Of a stretch of 64,000 nucleotides of DNA, positions 46,233 to 59,470 are shown piece by piece. The DNA comes from Takakia lepidozioides. Lineage: Eukaryota > Plantae > Bryophyta. The notes beneath the pieces are model-generated. The model was not told the DNA's origin. It did not search any database and saw nothing but the letters and a program-made list of their open reading frames with translations. The stretch lies in NCBI GenBank assembly GCA_030704615.1, contig CM060732.1:52452001-52516000 (forward strand), given 5' to 3'. The translations under genes were made by a program, and so were the position numbers. Numbering within the stretch: position 1 is the first letter of the stretch; each line of letters opens with the position of its first letter.

Positions 46233-47689
46233 GGCGCCCCCTCTCTGTCTTCACTCAAACTCAACAATCCCTTCCAAAGGACCTTACCAAAAAAGACAAT
46301 CCAGAAAACCAGTTGAATCAATCAAATATTTCATATGACGACACAGCCTTCTACGATCCTGCAGGTCCCAAGAGGGGAGGGAAGCAGAGAGATGCACGGA
46401 AAATGAAAGGGGTCAAGCCGCAGCAGTTTCTCGAAAAGGTTGGAGCATTGGACCCTACTACGGGCCAAAGTCCAAATCCACGCACCCAGCAAAACCCACA
46501 ACCTCTTTTGTACTCCGGAGTCAGAACACAGAGAGGCAATACTTCCAAATCCAGGCACACTCTAGACCTCCAAGCTGGATGAGAGCGAGAGAGAGAGAGA
46601 GAGAGGGGGGGAGGATAAACAGGGACCCTGACACTTTAGCGGGCAGGTCAGAGGGAAGAACAACCGAGGATAAGCGGGCAAGGACGATCTACCAAAAATT
46701 AAAACCAAACCTACTCCACCTATCCAGCGATTGCAGCACAACTAGCAAGCCGAGGGAATCATTCCAAAGAGTCCACAACCCACTCGGACGCCAGCACAGG
46801 GGACCAACACACGGATCACTGGCATGGAATGCGGCAGGTCAATGCCCAATCGCAGCTTAACAGCTTAAACTAAGCAACACCCCCTCTACAGTAGGTCGCT
46901 GGACACCTGTGCGAGAAGCTTCCCCACCACCAGAGCCCTCCTCCTCCTTTGCTCTCGGCTAAGTAAGTTACAAGCCTCCTCCCCCCTTCGTGGATTGCCA
47001 GCTCGCATACTATTATATTGCGTGCAGCAAGCTTCGTCACGATGTTCACAGACTTCACCAACGAAAACTTCACATGTGCTTAGCGTCACTCGCCTGCGTC
47101 ATCCGCATCGTCCAACACTGCTGCTCTACACTCCCTTGTGCTCTCCTGCACTTGTACTCGTCCTCCCGCAGGCTTGTTCGGACCCACCATCCATCCCTGC
47201 AATCCCCAGCACGATCCAGCCAACTAAACAAGAAAAGCAATGGAGATGGAATATTATTAGTAAAGTGTAAAGCGTAAAGTTTTCCCCATTCCATTGTTCT
47301 CATTCTACCCTCTGACATGTCTACACTCAAGGCCAGTGCTTTTATGGCGTCAATACTCTCTGTTGCCACCATAATATACACTGACTTTGTTAGTATCTGT
47401 GAGGTCTCCAATCAATGGGCTCACTGCTGAGCTTCCCTGATAATAATAATAATAGAGTTTGGGCATGCACCACAAGTTCCCACACCCTATCCTTAGTCCT
47501 TCATATCATATCACTCATGTATATTGCATAAAAATCTTGTAAGACCCAACGGAAAGTACCCATCATTGGCTGGAAAAGCCTGCCATGGCTCTCTGTTGTG
47601 GTTATGGTTTTCACACCTATTTTTTTTACAGGGCCTCTAAGTCCCCCATTTTCTTACCCGGTTGAAAAGGGGGGAAAAGAAAACCAAGA

Positions 47690-48930
47690 GGGGAAGACTC
47701 ATAAGGCTCTTATTTAATATGACTGGCTTTGGTGGGTGGCCAGATTTCTCTCTCAAAATTGCATGGGTGGGAACATAATGATGGAGTAATTGCACAAACA
47801 TGATAATAGATGTTGAGCATTGGTCACTATTCTACATATATCTGTGCATGATTAATGTAGAGTATACACCTTCTTGTAAACCATTTATAACAAAGGTTGA
47901 ACAAGTTACATAGGACTCACGAGTCACCACAACCGCAAAGTACCCCCGAAACGAAGAGGCTCTTCTTTAAGATGGTAGGCATCCTCTCTCTCTCACAAAA
48001 TTCCGGGGGCTGTAGCATGATAGTGGAGTAATTTGCAAACATGGTAATAGAGTTTGGGTATTGGTCACTATCCTACACATATCTGGCACGATTAATGTAG
48101 AGTATAGACCCTCTTGTAAACCAATTATGGCAAAGGTTGAAAAGGCTACATCTGACCACAAATGCAAAGTACCCATGAGGCCAAGAGGCTCTTATTCAAG
48201 ATAGCTGACTTTGGTGGGTACTGGATACTCAAAATTGCGCAGGCGGGAACATGATAATGGAGTAATTGCACGGGCGGAACATGATAATAGTTGGGCAAGG
48301 GTCACTATCCTACATATATGGTTGCACGAAACTATACACCTTCTTGTAAACCGTTTATTGAAAAGCTCTGCATCATGGGACCAAAGATGCTATAATTCAC
48401 TGTCTTTCTTTCAAATCTGGACAAAAGTACCCAGGAGGGGAAGAGGCTCTTTTTCTAAGACAGACTGGGTATCATGTATCATGTCTCTCTCAAAATTGAG
48501 CAGGTGGGAACATGATGGAATAATTGCACGGGCGGAACATGATAATAGAGTTTGGGCATGGGTCACTATCCTATGTATATGTGTAGAACTTTTTATTTTT
48601 ATTTTTATTTTTAAGGTAACAGGGGACAGAACTGTGTGTAGAACTAATGTGGGCTGATCACCGTAAATGCAAAATACCCATAAGGCGAAGAGGCACGTAT
48701 TAAGATGACTGACTTGGTTGGTGCCAATCTATCTCAAAATTGCTCGGGTGAACATGATAATGGGGTAAATGAAGGGGTGGGAACATGATAATACAGTGAC
48801 TGCTCAAACATGATACTAGAGTTTGGGCTGTTATCCTGCATATCTGTGCATGACTAATGTATATTACATACTTTCTTGTAAACCCTTTGCAACAAATGTT
48901 GAAAGGTCTACATCGGACAGAGCACAAATG
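47690..48930. repeat. Degenerate tandem array, about 5 units of roughly 250 bp
   Basis: Recurrent blocks CTCAAAATT...CATGATAAT...GGTCACTATCCTA...CTTGTAAACC...AAAGTACCC...AAGAGGCTCT. Confidence 0.85.
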
Positions 48931-49667
48931 CAAACGACAGTTCATTCAACTGGCCACAAAGACAGTCCTTGCAATATTCGTGCTATTTGGTCAGCATATT
49001 GGTCCTCCTAACAGAATTTGTAAGAGCGAAAATTCTTACCAGAGGATCCAGTCATGCTCTTGAGGCTAACTCCAAAATACTCCATGGAAGTCCGAGGGTA
49101 AGAATTTCTTCATATCCTGTCCAAGCCCGTTCCAAAAATTTCCCCTGCCCCTATTCTGGATTACAAACTATTGGGGCCATCTCTTGACCCACTCCAATAT
49201 AAATACCATCACGAAGGTTCTTGGTGCGCCGGCGTGGGTATGCTGTGTGTTGGTGAAACTAAAAAGTCCACTAAAAATGGCGGTCGGATGATACTCAATC
49301 ATTGATATCCACACCGAGCCAAAATTAAATCAAAGGAAAAAAAAAGTATCCTTGCACGTTTACATCGTACACGTTCTCACTCACGTTCGTTAAGGCCAAG
49401 CATATTCTTACAACCCTTGCCTACAAAATCCGCACCTCCGGTCACCTTTCATTCACAACTAGTAACATGCTCATGTATGTAACACTTGACCGTTGAAACA
49501 CGTTCCTAAACTACGTCCCCCCCTACCTTCACCTAAAATTTCATGGCATTATTCCACCGGAATCGGAAATCTATAAACTGTTTGCGAATCGCAGAATCGC
49601 AGAAAAAAATTTATTCACAAATCTTTGCAAAATTCCCAAATGGCTGAGCCATTTTTTTATTTTTTTT

Positions 49668-50043
49668 TATTTTTTGGTCCAACTTTTTTATTTTTTTTAC
49701 CTCTTATAACAGGAAGGTGGACACCTTCATGACACACCAGACCGTGGTTTGAACCCACAACCACATCCAACGTGGTATGTGCCCATTACCACTGGTCTAC
49801 ATGCTGGTTGTCAGCCAATTGAAACCAACTTCCACGAGAACATGCCTCATCATGCTGGCCACCTTCCCCTAATTTTTCCATTATTTTATTTTATTTTATT
49901 TTTGGTCCAACTCTTTTTTATTTTTTACCTCTTATAACAGGAAGGTGGGGACACCTTCATGACACACAAGACGGTGGATTGAACCCACAACCACACCCAA
50001 CGTGGTATGTGCCCATTACCACTGGGCTACATGCTGGTTGTCA
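49668..50043. repeat. Direct duplication of about 145 bp
   Basis: TTTTTGGTCCAACT...GAACCCACAACCAC...CATGCTGGTTGTCA at about 49670-49814 and 49899-50043. Confidence 0.9.
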
Positions 50044-51404
50044 TAATTTTTGGGTCATATTTTGGTATAATTTGGTATATTCTGTTGGAAACAATTTGGT
50101 GGAAAACAGGAGGGGACCGGGACCTAACTTATTGTTGGCGACTGTCCTCATAAATCTTGCATTCAATTCTCGTTCTCCTCGTTCCCCGTACATTAAACCT
50201 CCAACTCTCCACTGCCCCTTTGTTTCGCAGGGCTGCTCCAATGGGCCGCCCCTCCGAAGATGGGGTCAACCCTCTCCAGCCAGTCCGCGGGCCCGACCTG
50301 CCACCCGCCATTCATCGCCGGCCGTGTAACGGGCGGCACTCCCACATGCCCCACTTTATACCCGCAGGTAGCTGTACCCGGCGGGCAGCGGGCAGCGCAT
50401 ATGCAGGGCCGATCTGCCCGCGTTCCATTGAGTTTGGATGCGCAAGTCGCCATAAATTTCTGCCACCTGAAACATTTATTTATTTATTTTGTGGGCAGGT
50501 GCCTTGGCAATGCCCTTGCACAATTTTTGCGTTTACTACTTAGGGCCGAGTACGTGGAAAGTTTTTTTTTTAAAATTTAAATTTAATTTTTTTTCCCGGC
50601 TAACATATCAGGCCTCGTAATTGTAGCGAGGTGCTCCCCATTGGTAATTTGGAGTGCCTTCTAGAAATTACCCTTACGGTGGTTCACATTAAATAATACA
50701 GTCGTGGTTGATGAATCTTATTAATTGTTCTTTATAGATTAGGGTTAGTTATTGTTGGAGGGGGTTTGGTGTTTGGAGTGGGCCATGTGGCCCACCGAGC
50801 TCTTCAACAGCCAAAACTATGGAAAAGTAAGTATTTGTTGTATTTATACCCTCAAAAGGCACCGACCACGGGCAAACGATATGGGATATGTTTTTCCGAT
50901 GGCGTGTTATGACAGGTACCCCACTCCATGCTATGTGGGTAGCAATACTTAATTGTGGAATGGTCACAAACAAACAAAAAATGCATGGGAGGACGCAATG
51001 GGGGCGGTGAAGGTGTTTGTTACTCTACAAATGTCCAGTGCTGGTAGTTAGGGGTTTCTGGGGCTGACACGTACGGGTATGGGGCCGGAACAGTCTTCGA
51101 GAAGGCTGGACCACCGCTTCAGAAGATGGCCCCTTCCTTAGTTTGTTTTGTTTTGTTTTTCGGTTTCTTTTTTAAATAATTATAAAAAGGGAAACACCTG
51201 GGAGCGACAGCTCACAAATCAGGCCCGTGAGAGGAAAAATTAACCTCTTTCAGAGTAACCGCGTTCCTTAGTACTTACCACATAGTAACTAGTTCACAGG
51301 CCCCTAAAAAAGCAAACATCACAACCATAGCTATATGAATTAATAGAAAAGTGCAAAGGCGTGTATGCTTGCTATTGTTTAGTTATCTACAGCCAGGTAC
51401 GGTC

Positions 51405-51562
51405 CAGTGTTGGGCAGTTCTTGCATTTGTGAAGGAACCTTCGGTTCCGGTTCCACAATTATTTCAAGAGACGGTTCCGGATCCAACTTTTAAACATGGG
51501 GGCGGTTCCGGTTACCGGTTAGTTGCTGATAAAAACCATCGGTTCCGGTTAGGTTCCGGTTC
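51405..51562. repeat. CGGTTCCGGTT sub-repeat cluster, probable end of a non-autonomous DNA transposon
   Basis: Starts CAGTGTTGG; several CGGTTC(C) motifs within 160 bp. Confidence 0.5.
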
Positions 51563-51979
51563 TATTTTAAAAATATATTTGTTTAATTTAATTAGATTTA
51601 AAATATTTTATCAGTCCGGTAGATTAAATAGCAGTGTATTCACATATTTGAACTAAAATCCAACGATTTTGTTAGTTTTCACTAACACAAAAAAACAAAC
51701 AAAAATACTCTAAATAAACTGGTAGAAGAAAATGGGTAAAATTTTATGGGTTGAAAGTACTATTCAGCTACCTGGCAAGTATTGGCATCTTCAAACATTT
51801 TATTAATGAACTTAGCCAGGATATCATGGAGCTGGAGATTGAACCCAAGATCTCATGGCGCTGAAGCATTGAACATAGAATCTCATGGCCTTCAAGCATT
51901 GAACCCAGGATCTCAGGAGCTTGAGAGCATTAAATAAGTTTTGCCCTGGGCCCACCAGCGCCACCAAGGGGTCAAGGCG

Positions 51980-52063
51980 GGGCCTGTAGCTCAAAGGATT
52001 AGAGCACGTGCTCCACCGCTTGTGCGCCCCCGTCAATTCCTTTGAGTTTCATTCTTGCGAACG
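51980..52063. pseudogene. Plastid-like mosaic (NUPT): 5' part of tRNA-Arg(ACG) on + fused to a 16S rRNA fragment on -
   Basis: GGGCCTGTAGCTCAAAGGATTAGAGCACGTG at 51980-52010. 52005-52063 is the reverse complement of CGTTCGCAAGAATGAAACTCAAAGGAATTGACGGGGG..GCACAAGCGGTGGAGCA. Confidence 0.85.
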
Positions 52064-54234
52064 AACCAAGAACAGGACTTAGAAGCGCTTTGGTAGGTAC
52101 CCACATATTAGGCACCCAGTTGATCAAGTAACCCCCTTTTATAGCATAATGGGTGACATCCACTATACACATATATGGCTTTGAACCCAAGACCACTTGT
52201 ACGATGTCCTTGTGCCCCTAACACAAACACTGGGGCATGAGTCTGTTGGATGCTGAGCCAAGTTCAAAGTTCAAACCAAAAAGTAGAGCGACAGCAAAGT
52301 AGTAAGTTAAGTAAGAAATGTGGTTGATGATTTTACAAGCAAGCTCTTGATCTGCCAGATCTTCAAACGCATTGACTCAATTGTGCAATGGTAGTTTCAG
52401 CTTCACTTCCGAGCGTTTTCTTTTTAAAACAAAGGAAACACCCCGGACATTGAGATCGATTGCAACTTCGTATTTTTGTCAACAATCATGATTAAACGAC
52501 ATCTGATTTGTAAAAAACCCACATTGCGCCTCATTGTTGCAAGAGCTCTTTCATGTCTTTTGCAGTTTGCGGGCTTTTGGCATTTTGATGTAGCTCTAAA
52601 AATTTGGGACTTTGATTAGCAGCAATCTCTGAAACAATTGAGATTGATGTAAAAGCATTGTGGCAAGCATTCCGGTTGGGGTTGGCGCCTCCTATCGCTT
52701 TTGGTCTTTACGAGACCATCCGTGCATGCAGCACCCAACATGCTCTGACGCCCCAATGGCCTTCTTTAAAAAATGATTGAAAGCTCCAAAATGACTTTCC
52801 ATGCACACTATGTTAGGTAGAAATAATGTTGGATGAATCTGACAGTTCACCAAACAAGTTGAGTGGTCCAATTTGGTGGACAAGAAATGAATAAATGTTT
52901 TTTGACCCATTTAAAAACATAAATGAATAAATACTTTTTCGACCCATTTTCTAACGGCTTTTTGACATGGTAGGGCCCGTTGGCCGTTGGGCGGGCTGCA
53001 TGTCAAATCCCCACCTTCACGCTCCCCCTGTCAAGGTTATATTATTATTATTTTCGTTATTATATTATTATTAGTAGGGGAGGAGCCTGGCCAGGACTCA
53101 GGTTGAAGAGGGGGAGAAAGCGGCAGTGGTGGAATATCAGGTGCCTGATAGATTCTGCCATCAGACACCTGTTAAAAACGTGACATCTGTCATATTGCGA
53201 ACTTTCCAGAGGTGCCAGCTCGTTATTACCGCCACGTGGGCGCTGAAATGAATAGGGAAAAAAACCTTTTATTTTTTTAAAAATAATAGTGAAGCACCTG
53301 GGAGCGAAGCTCACAAATCAAGCCCCTTAATAGTGAGAGGAGAAAATAACCTCTTTAACTGTAACCTCGCGATTCAGGGGGGCATTCCACCGGTGCGTTA
53401 CGTCTTACCTGGATACCCAGCCAGTATATCCGAGTATAAATCTAGATTATGTATCACCCAGATGGATACCCTTATGTTAACATATATTGTTACTATATAC
53501 CAGTGTTGTCCTGGTACCAGACGTATCGTAAAACTTTCATACTAGTCTGGTCTATATAATGGTAGATGTCTTTTTTTTCCAGATACTGGTATGAGAATCA
53601 TGACCACAATACCAGCTGATATAATTCTGCTATCATTCAGCCATCTTTGAATTACAAGTTTATCAAATAGCAAGTATCAGGTGAAAACAAATACAATATG
53701 TAAAGCAGTTTCATTCGGCCCGGTTAATTCTAGAGTGGTCTAGGAATTAGCGTGGTCCAGGAGTTAAAAGAGGGGGCCAATGTATTAAGGCCACTTGTAT
53801 TATTTAATGAAATGAAGGGTCCAAAAATTAAGGATTGACTTTCTAGCGTGGGCTTTCTAGATAGTTCTAGTTCTAGCTGACTTTCTACATAGTTCCAGTT
53901 TCTAGATACTTCTACTAATATGTCGGTCCGGTGAGAAGCAACTGACTAGTTGCTTGTAACTTGTGTCTTCAACATGTTGGCACAGGCACTAGTAGTGTGT
54001 CTCACTAGTGGTTTGAGATCCAGAGCCAGCGTGAGTAGTTGTTTGCTATGTTGGGGGTCGGGCTAGGTATGGCATGTAGGATCAAAGTGGCTGCAAGAGG
54101 GAAAGACAAGGCGGCGGAGGGCGCAGAGAAATTCATAGAGGCAAGTGTTACTATCGGTCCCCTTTATTCCACTTGATTTAGTGACACTCACCATGCATTT
54201 TAGTGACTGGTGGCTTCCTATATAGCAACCTGCA

Positions 54235-57200
54235 TGTCGTGCGCATACATATCGCTACACAACTACATCGCTGTACAAAACCACACAACACATGTGCACG
54301 CCACACACTAGTATATCACTAGTCCACCACTAGTCCAACCACTAGGCTACAACTAGTCAGTCACTAGGTTGCCACTATGCTGCCCACTATGGCAGTCACT
54401 AGTCCACACAATAGATAAAGAAGAAGAAGAAGAATACAAGCACAAGCTCATGCGAGCTCACAAAGCTGAAGCATCAACTCATGCATATATAAACTCATCA
54501 CTCAAATACCAGTCAAGCCAAGTGCACCCCACGCCATGGGGAATCCACACTACGGCGCCATAGCTAGGCGCGGTGAGGCTCAACTCGAGAAAGATGAGCC
54601 TCCCGCGCTTGCCGTGAAGATAACCACTCCGGGGCCTAAATCTGTCTTGACCCTTGGATTGACACTTGGGCCAATCCCAAATGTCAATATGTAAAAGCTA
54701 GCTATTTCCTAGCTAGTTTCACACTAGTGATAAAATAACTTGACAGCTGTCGTATGCATACATATCGCTACACTACATCGTTGTACAAAACCACACAACA
54801 CATGTGCACGCCACATACTAGTATATCACTAGTCCACCACTAGTCCAGCCACTAGGCTACAACTAGTCAGTCACTAGGCTGCCACTATGCTGCCCACTAT
54901 GGCAGTCACTAGTCCACACAATCGCCCCCCTTAGTTGGTGCTTAGGTCCCTCTAAGTCCAGGTAGCCACAAGATGTGATAGTGACCATAGCCTCACTAAG
55001 TCCTCCACCACTGTCCCTACTACACTCAAACTCGATAGATCAAGAGGCCGGGTACAAGAGTTGCCCCATCGTTAGTCGCCGTCTTGCAACCTGTGAACTT
55101 GAGCTTGGGATCTCATGTATTGACTCCTATGAGCTTGGCCTCCCATGTCTTGTTAGCTGCCTCCAGTCATGTCCATTGCCACTATCCCAAGCAGTGTGGA
55201 CACAACCAATCTCCATCAGGAACCTTCTCAAGAGGTGGTGTCAAGCATCCCATATGCCAACCCCTTGAGCATCGATCACACACTAGCATGGTGGCTTCCC
55301 CTTTGGCAGACCCACAGAGCATGCACCTCAAACCTGCAGGTATCACTGCCAAGTTTGGGTCAACTCTGCCATCGACATTGGGAAGGTGACATGACGCACA
55401 ATTACGCACATGGTCCTTCCAAGTCATGCCATCCCGACCCTCCAAGATCAGGATCCCTGAGGGCAACACCTCTCGAACCCTCAGAATAACACGCCCTGCA
55501 GTAACATCCAGAGTCGTAGGAGCAGTCTGCTGCAAATAAACATAGTCACCAGGGCTAAACCTCCGAACCCCAGGACGAGATCCTCCACCACGTATAGTGG
55601 CATACCTCAACGTATCACGGTGCTATGCAATGGCAAGGTTCTCAAAAGCCATGGGCATGACTTTCTTGAACAACTCTGCACGCTGATCACATGCACGTAC
55701 CCACACGTCCGGATCGTCAAGGTTAAGGACTTGAGCAGTGTCCCTACGAATGGCTGCAGGCAAATCCGGCTCTCGGCCAAAGAGAAGGAAATATGGTGAG
55801 AAGGAGGCAAGTGATGCTTGTTTGCTGAACCAGTAGCCCATGGCTAACCAAGGAACCTGAAGATCCCAATCTCCTAGGTGTCCCTTCTGCAAACCATACT
55901 TGCACAAACCCCTCTTCACCGTCTGAACAACTCTCTCTGCTAAGCCATCGGCCTCAGGATGATCCCGAGAAGTGGTGCGGTGGTCTATCAAGGCTTTATC
56001 ACACAAAGCCTGAAACTCCCCCAAGAACTCTCTCCCTTGGTCCGTGAGTACCTCAGCTGGAGCACCAAATCGGCTAAGCACACGATCCAAGAATGCATAT
56101 GCAGCCCCCTCACTAGCCTTGTCAGGCAATAGAACCAACTCAATCCACTTGGAGAAGTGCTCCACCATCACCAACACATATCTGTGGTGGCGCATAGTCA
56201 GTGGCAACGGTCCTGCGAAGTCAAGACTCCACCTGTAGCCCAATCCCATGATTGGTAAAGGATGCAACTATGGTATAGGGGTGTTGAATGAAGCACGCAC
56301 CCTGTCACACACCATGCACCTAGCCACGAACTGTTGCACCTCTGTATGCATACCACGCCACCAATACTGCCCTTGCAGTAAACTGTGAGTGCGTCGCACT
56401 CCAAAATGCCCCAACTCCTCATGGGCATGCCACACTAACCGTGCACGCTGTGTGGGATAAGGCACAATCCTCACCCGACCATCCTCCCACACTCGAAGTA
56501 GGTGTATCCCCTCCCACTTGAACCTCTTGGCTCGTTGCAGGATCCGATCCCTCTCCCTGGCAGTCACAGTGGCTGCCGTGTCTCCCGTGCGGAGGTAGTC
56601 CAACACAGCCAAATCCTCATGTATATCTCTGGCACCACCTGGCTCATCACTAGCCTCAGGGTCCTCAGACACTCCGTCTACAGTCATCCCTGTTGTAGGT
56701 CCAACCTGACCTCCCGATGTCAAGATACACAAAAATGCAGATGCGTGCCATCCCGGCACCATCTCCTCGTCCTCACCATGCCACCGAGCTCCAGTGTCAT
56801 CCTACTGGCTCATGCATGGATTGTGACTCAATCCATCCGCATCCCGATTGACCAAACCCGGTCGATGCACAACCTGAAAGTCATACTCCTGGAGTATGAG
56901 TGCCCACCGTGCAAGCTTCCCCGTAAGCTTGTTTGACTTCATCAACCACTTGAGTGGCTGGTGATCCGTGACAAGGGTGAAAAGATTGCCGTATAGATAG
57001 CACCTGAAGTTTGCCACGGCCCACACTGCAGCTAAGCACTCTCCCTCATATGAGCTGTATTTAGCCTCTACAACGTTGTTCGAGCGGCTAGCATAAGCCA
57101 CTATGAACTCTCTTCCCTCATCATCCACCTGTGTGAGCACCGCTCCAAGCCCCAGCATGCTCCAATCCGTATGCAGCTGAAAGGGACGCCCCCTGATAGG

Positions 57201-59470
57201 TCGTCTCAGGATAGGCGTCGAGGTCAACCTCGCCTTGAGCTCTTGAAAAGCTCGTTCCTGCTCATTTTCCCACTGCCACTCCTGGTCCACCTTGGTCAGC
57301 TTGGTTAGAGCCTTTGCAATGGTACTAAATCCCTTGACAAACCGTCTATAATAGTTTGTCAACCCCATGAAAGCTCGAACTCGGCTCACATCCGTGGGGC
57401 GTGGAATTTATGCAATGGCCTCTACCTTAGTCTGTTGTACCCCCAATCCTCCAGGATATATCATGTGACCCAAATACTCAATCTGGTTGTGGAAAAACTT
57501 GCACTTCCCCGGATGCAACTTCAATCCGTGCGCTCTCAAGCGCTCCAATACCACCTGAAGGTGTCTCTCATGCTCCTCCATCGTAACACTAAAGATGATG
57601 ATGTCATCTATGTAGCACCGAGCAAAGTCCACCCCTGCTAGAATCCTATCCATGACTCTCTGAAACTCTGCAGGAGCATTCTTAAGCCCAAATGGTAAGA
57701 ACCGCCACTGATATAGGCAATCCTTGCCGTGCTCATTGATCCCCCAGAATGTCGTCTTCTACTTGTCCGCCTCCTGATTGGCAACTGGTGATATCCGGAT
57801 CGTAAATCCAAAGTGTTAAAAGACCTTAGCATGCCGATGGCATCAAAGATCTCCTCTGGTGTTGGCATGGCATACTTATCGGACTTGGTCTGACGATTTA
57901 CAGGCCGGTAATCACCGCACATACGTCTCTCCGTCCAATTGCCATAGACATCCTTCTTGGCTGCATCACTGTGGCTGAAGCATACTTTCCACCAGAAAGC
58001 TCCACCAAACCTGCCTCCCAGAGATCTTGAGTCCTCATCTGAATCAAAGACCTCTCCATGTCACTATATCTATAGGGTCTCCAAAAGATTGGCGTGTCAG
58101 TGGCCAACTCAATACGGATCTCTTGACCCTTTCGTGCTCCCAAGTCCTTCAAACTGAAGGCAAAGCAATTCCTGTAAGCCCTCAGGAACCGCCGTATACG
58201 TCGTCTCTCTCCTCCGGTGACAATGGGTCCAATGTCAGGATCCCAATTGTCCTCCGTAACTGCAACCTTAAGTCCAGTGGGCTTAGAGGTAGAGGACGCG
58301 TCCAGTGGTTGCTATGTTGCAACCTCTGAGCAGTACTCCCTACCTGCTCAGTTAGTGACAAGGCCTCATCCTGCCCCATCATCTCATCCTCAAGGACTTC
58401 CTCCACCCGAGAAAAATCCCCAACCTCATCTTTCATCGCCGCCAACTCCCTCTGAACCTTGAGCACCTTCCACGTGTGCCATGGATGCATGCACCCCGTG
58501 GTCCTCACATGCTCGCTCCCACTCACTGCCTGTACCGTCTCGGTAGGCAGAGAGACCATCGAGGGAAGTGTACTCCGTACTCTGCGTTGCTCAGCCATAG
58601 CCAAGCTGATAATCCAGGTCAAGCAATTGAGATCCATTGCTTGCCCCAACACTTGACGACGTGATGCCTCAGAAAGAGACGACACCGTCGTGGTACCAGT
58701 GGTAAAACCCATTGCCCGCTCACGCTCGTCAGCATTAGGCTCCACTAACTGCTGCAACTGAGCATCCCACAGGAGGCCAGGTCCACTATCCCGGAAAGCA
58801 TGCGATCCTGGGAAGCTCAGCAGTGTAGGTAACGTTGCTCGTGGTTGACCCACCTTGTTGACCACTGCCAAAGGCGAACGGTCATCGTGTCTCACACACT
58901 GAGACTGCCTCTCTGTGTCCAGAATGCTATCCACTGTGAGATGTGCTGGCCGCTGCACCCCATCAAATGCACGCTTGAGCAGTGCGGGTGGCATCAAGTT
59001 AGTCCACCATAGCCGTGGACGATGAGCCCGTGACCCCACTGTAGCTGCATCTAGCAACACTGCTAACCCAAGCCACGACCGGACTTGATGTACACTGGCC
59101 ATCACCCTGGCCCGAGAATTGCCCATCAGTGGCACATTCTCCAAGATGTATGCTGGAGATACAGCTTGATGAAGCTGCAAGTGGTGCAAAACCCGCACCA
59201 TCTCCCAAAACAGACCCGACCTCGAGTCTCACAATCCATTATTATGCCCGGCTCATGAATGCCCTTGGCAGGGCCAACCTGCCACTACCAGATCAATGGA
59301 GCCAACCCGCTCCAAATCCTGTGCCCCCAGCAACGAAATGTCTGTTGGCAAAGCCTGTTGATATCCACGAATTGCAGACACCGACAACAACTCAGGGTAC
59401 CGCTGCACCAACTGAGCAACATGGCGAAGTGAAATGCGTCGTGCAGTCTCATCCCTCTCCACATACAGAT
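54235..59470 (-). mobile_element. Gypsy-type element copy 3: C5 DNA methyltransferase (motifs II-X), RT, RNase H, integrase, PHD, PPT and complete A-B-A terminus; interrupted at 59470 by another Gypsy
   Basis: IDLVVAGWPCQGHS, YILENVP, SRAHRPRLWWTN, ERERAMGF, RRQVLGQAMD; YIDD; PHD at about 55191-55325; PPT at 54921-54930; repeats at 54748-54920 and 54235-54410. Confidence 0.95.

Noticed and set aside
51980-52063. Functional tRNA or rRNA gene
   Set aside because: Only 31-nt and roughly 59-nt fragments are present.
58182-59470. Host DRM/DNMT3 gene or bacterial restriction-modification methylase
   Set aside because: It is intronless, sits at the same position inside pol in two element copies, is not circularly permuted, and has no neighbouring endonuclease.
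54235-59470. DIRS/Ngaro tyrosine-recombinase element
   Set aside because: The termini resemble split repeats, but the visible ORF has an HHCC + DDE integrase and no YR motifs.
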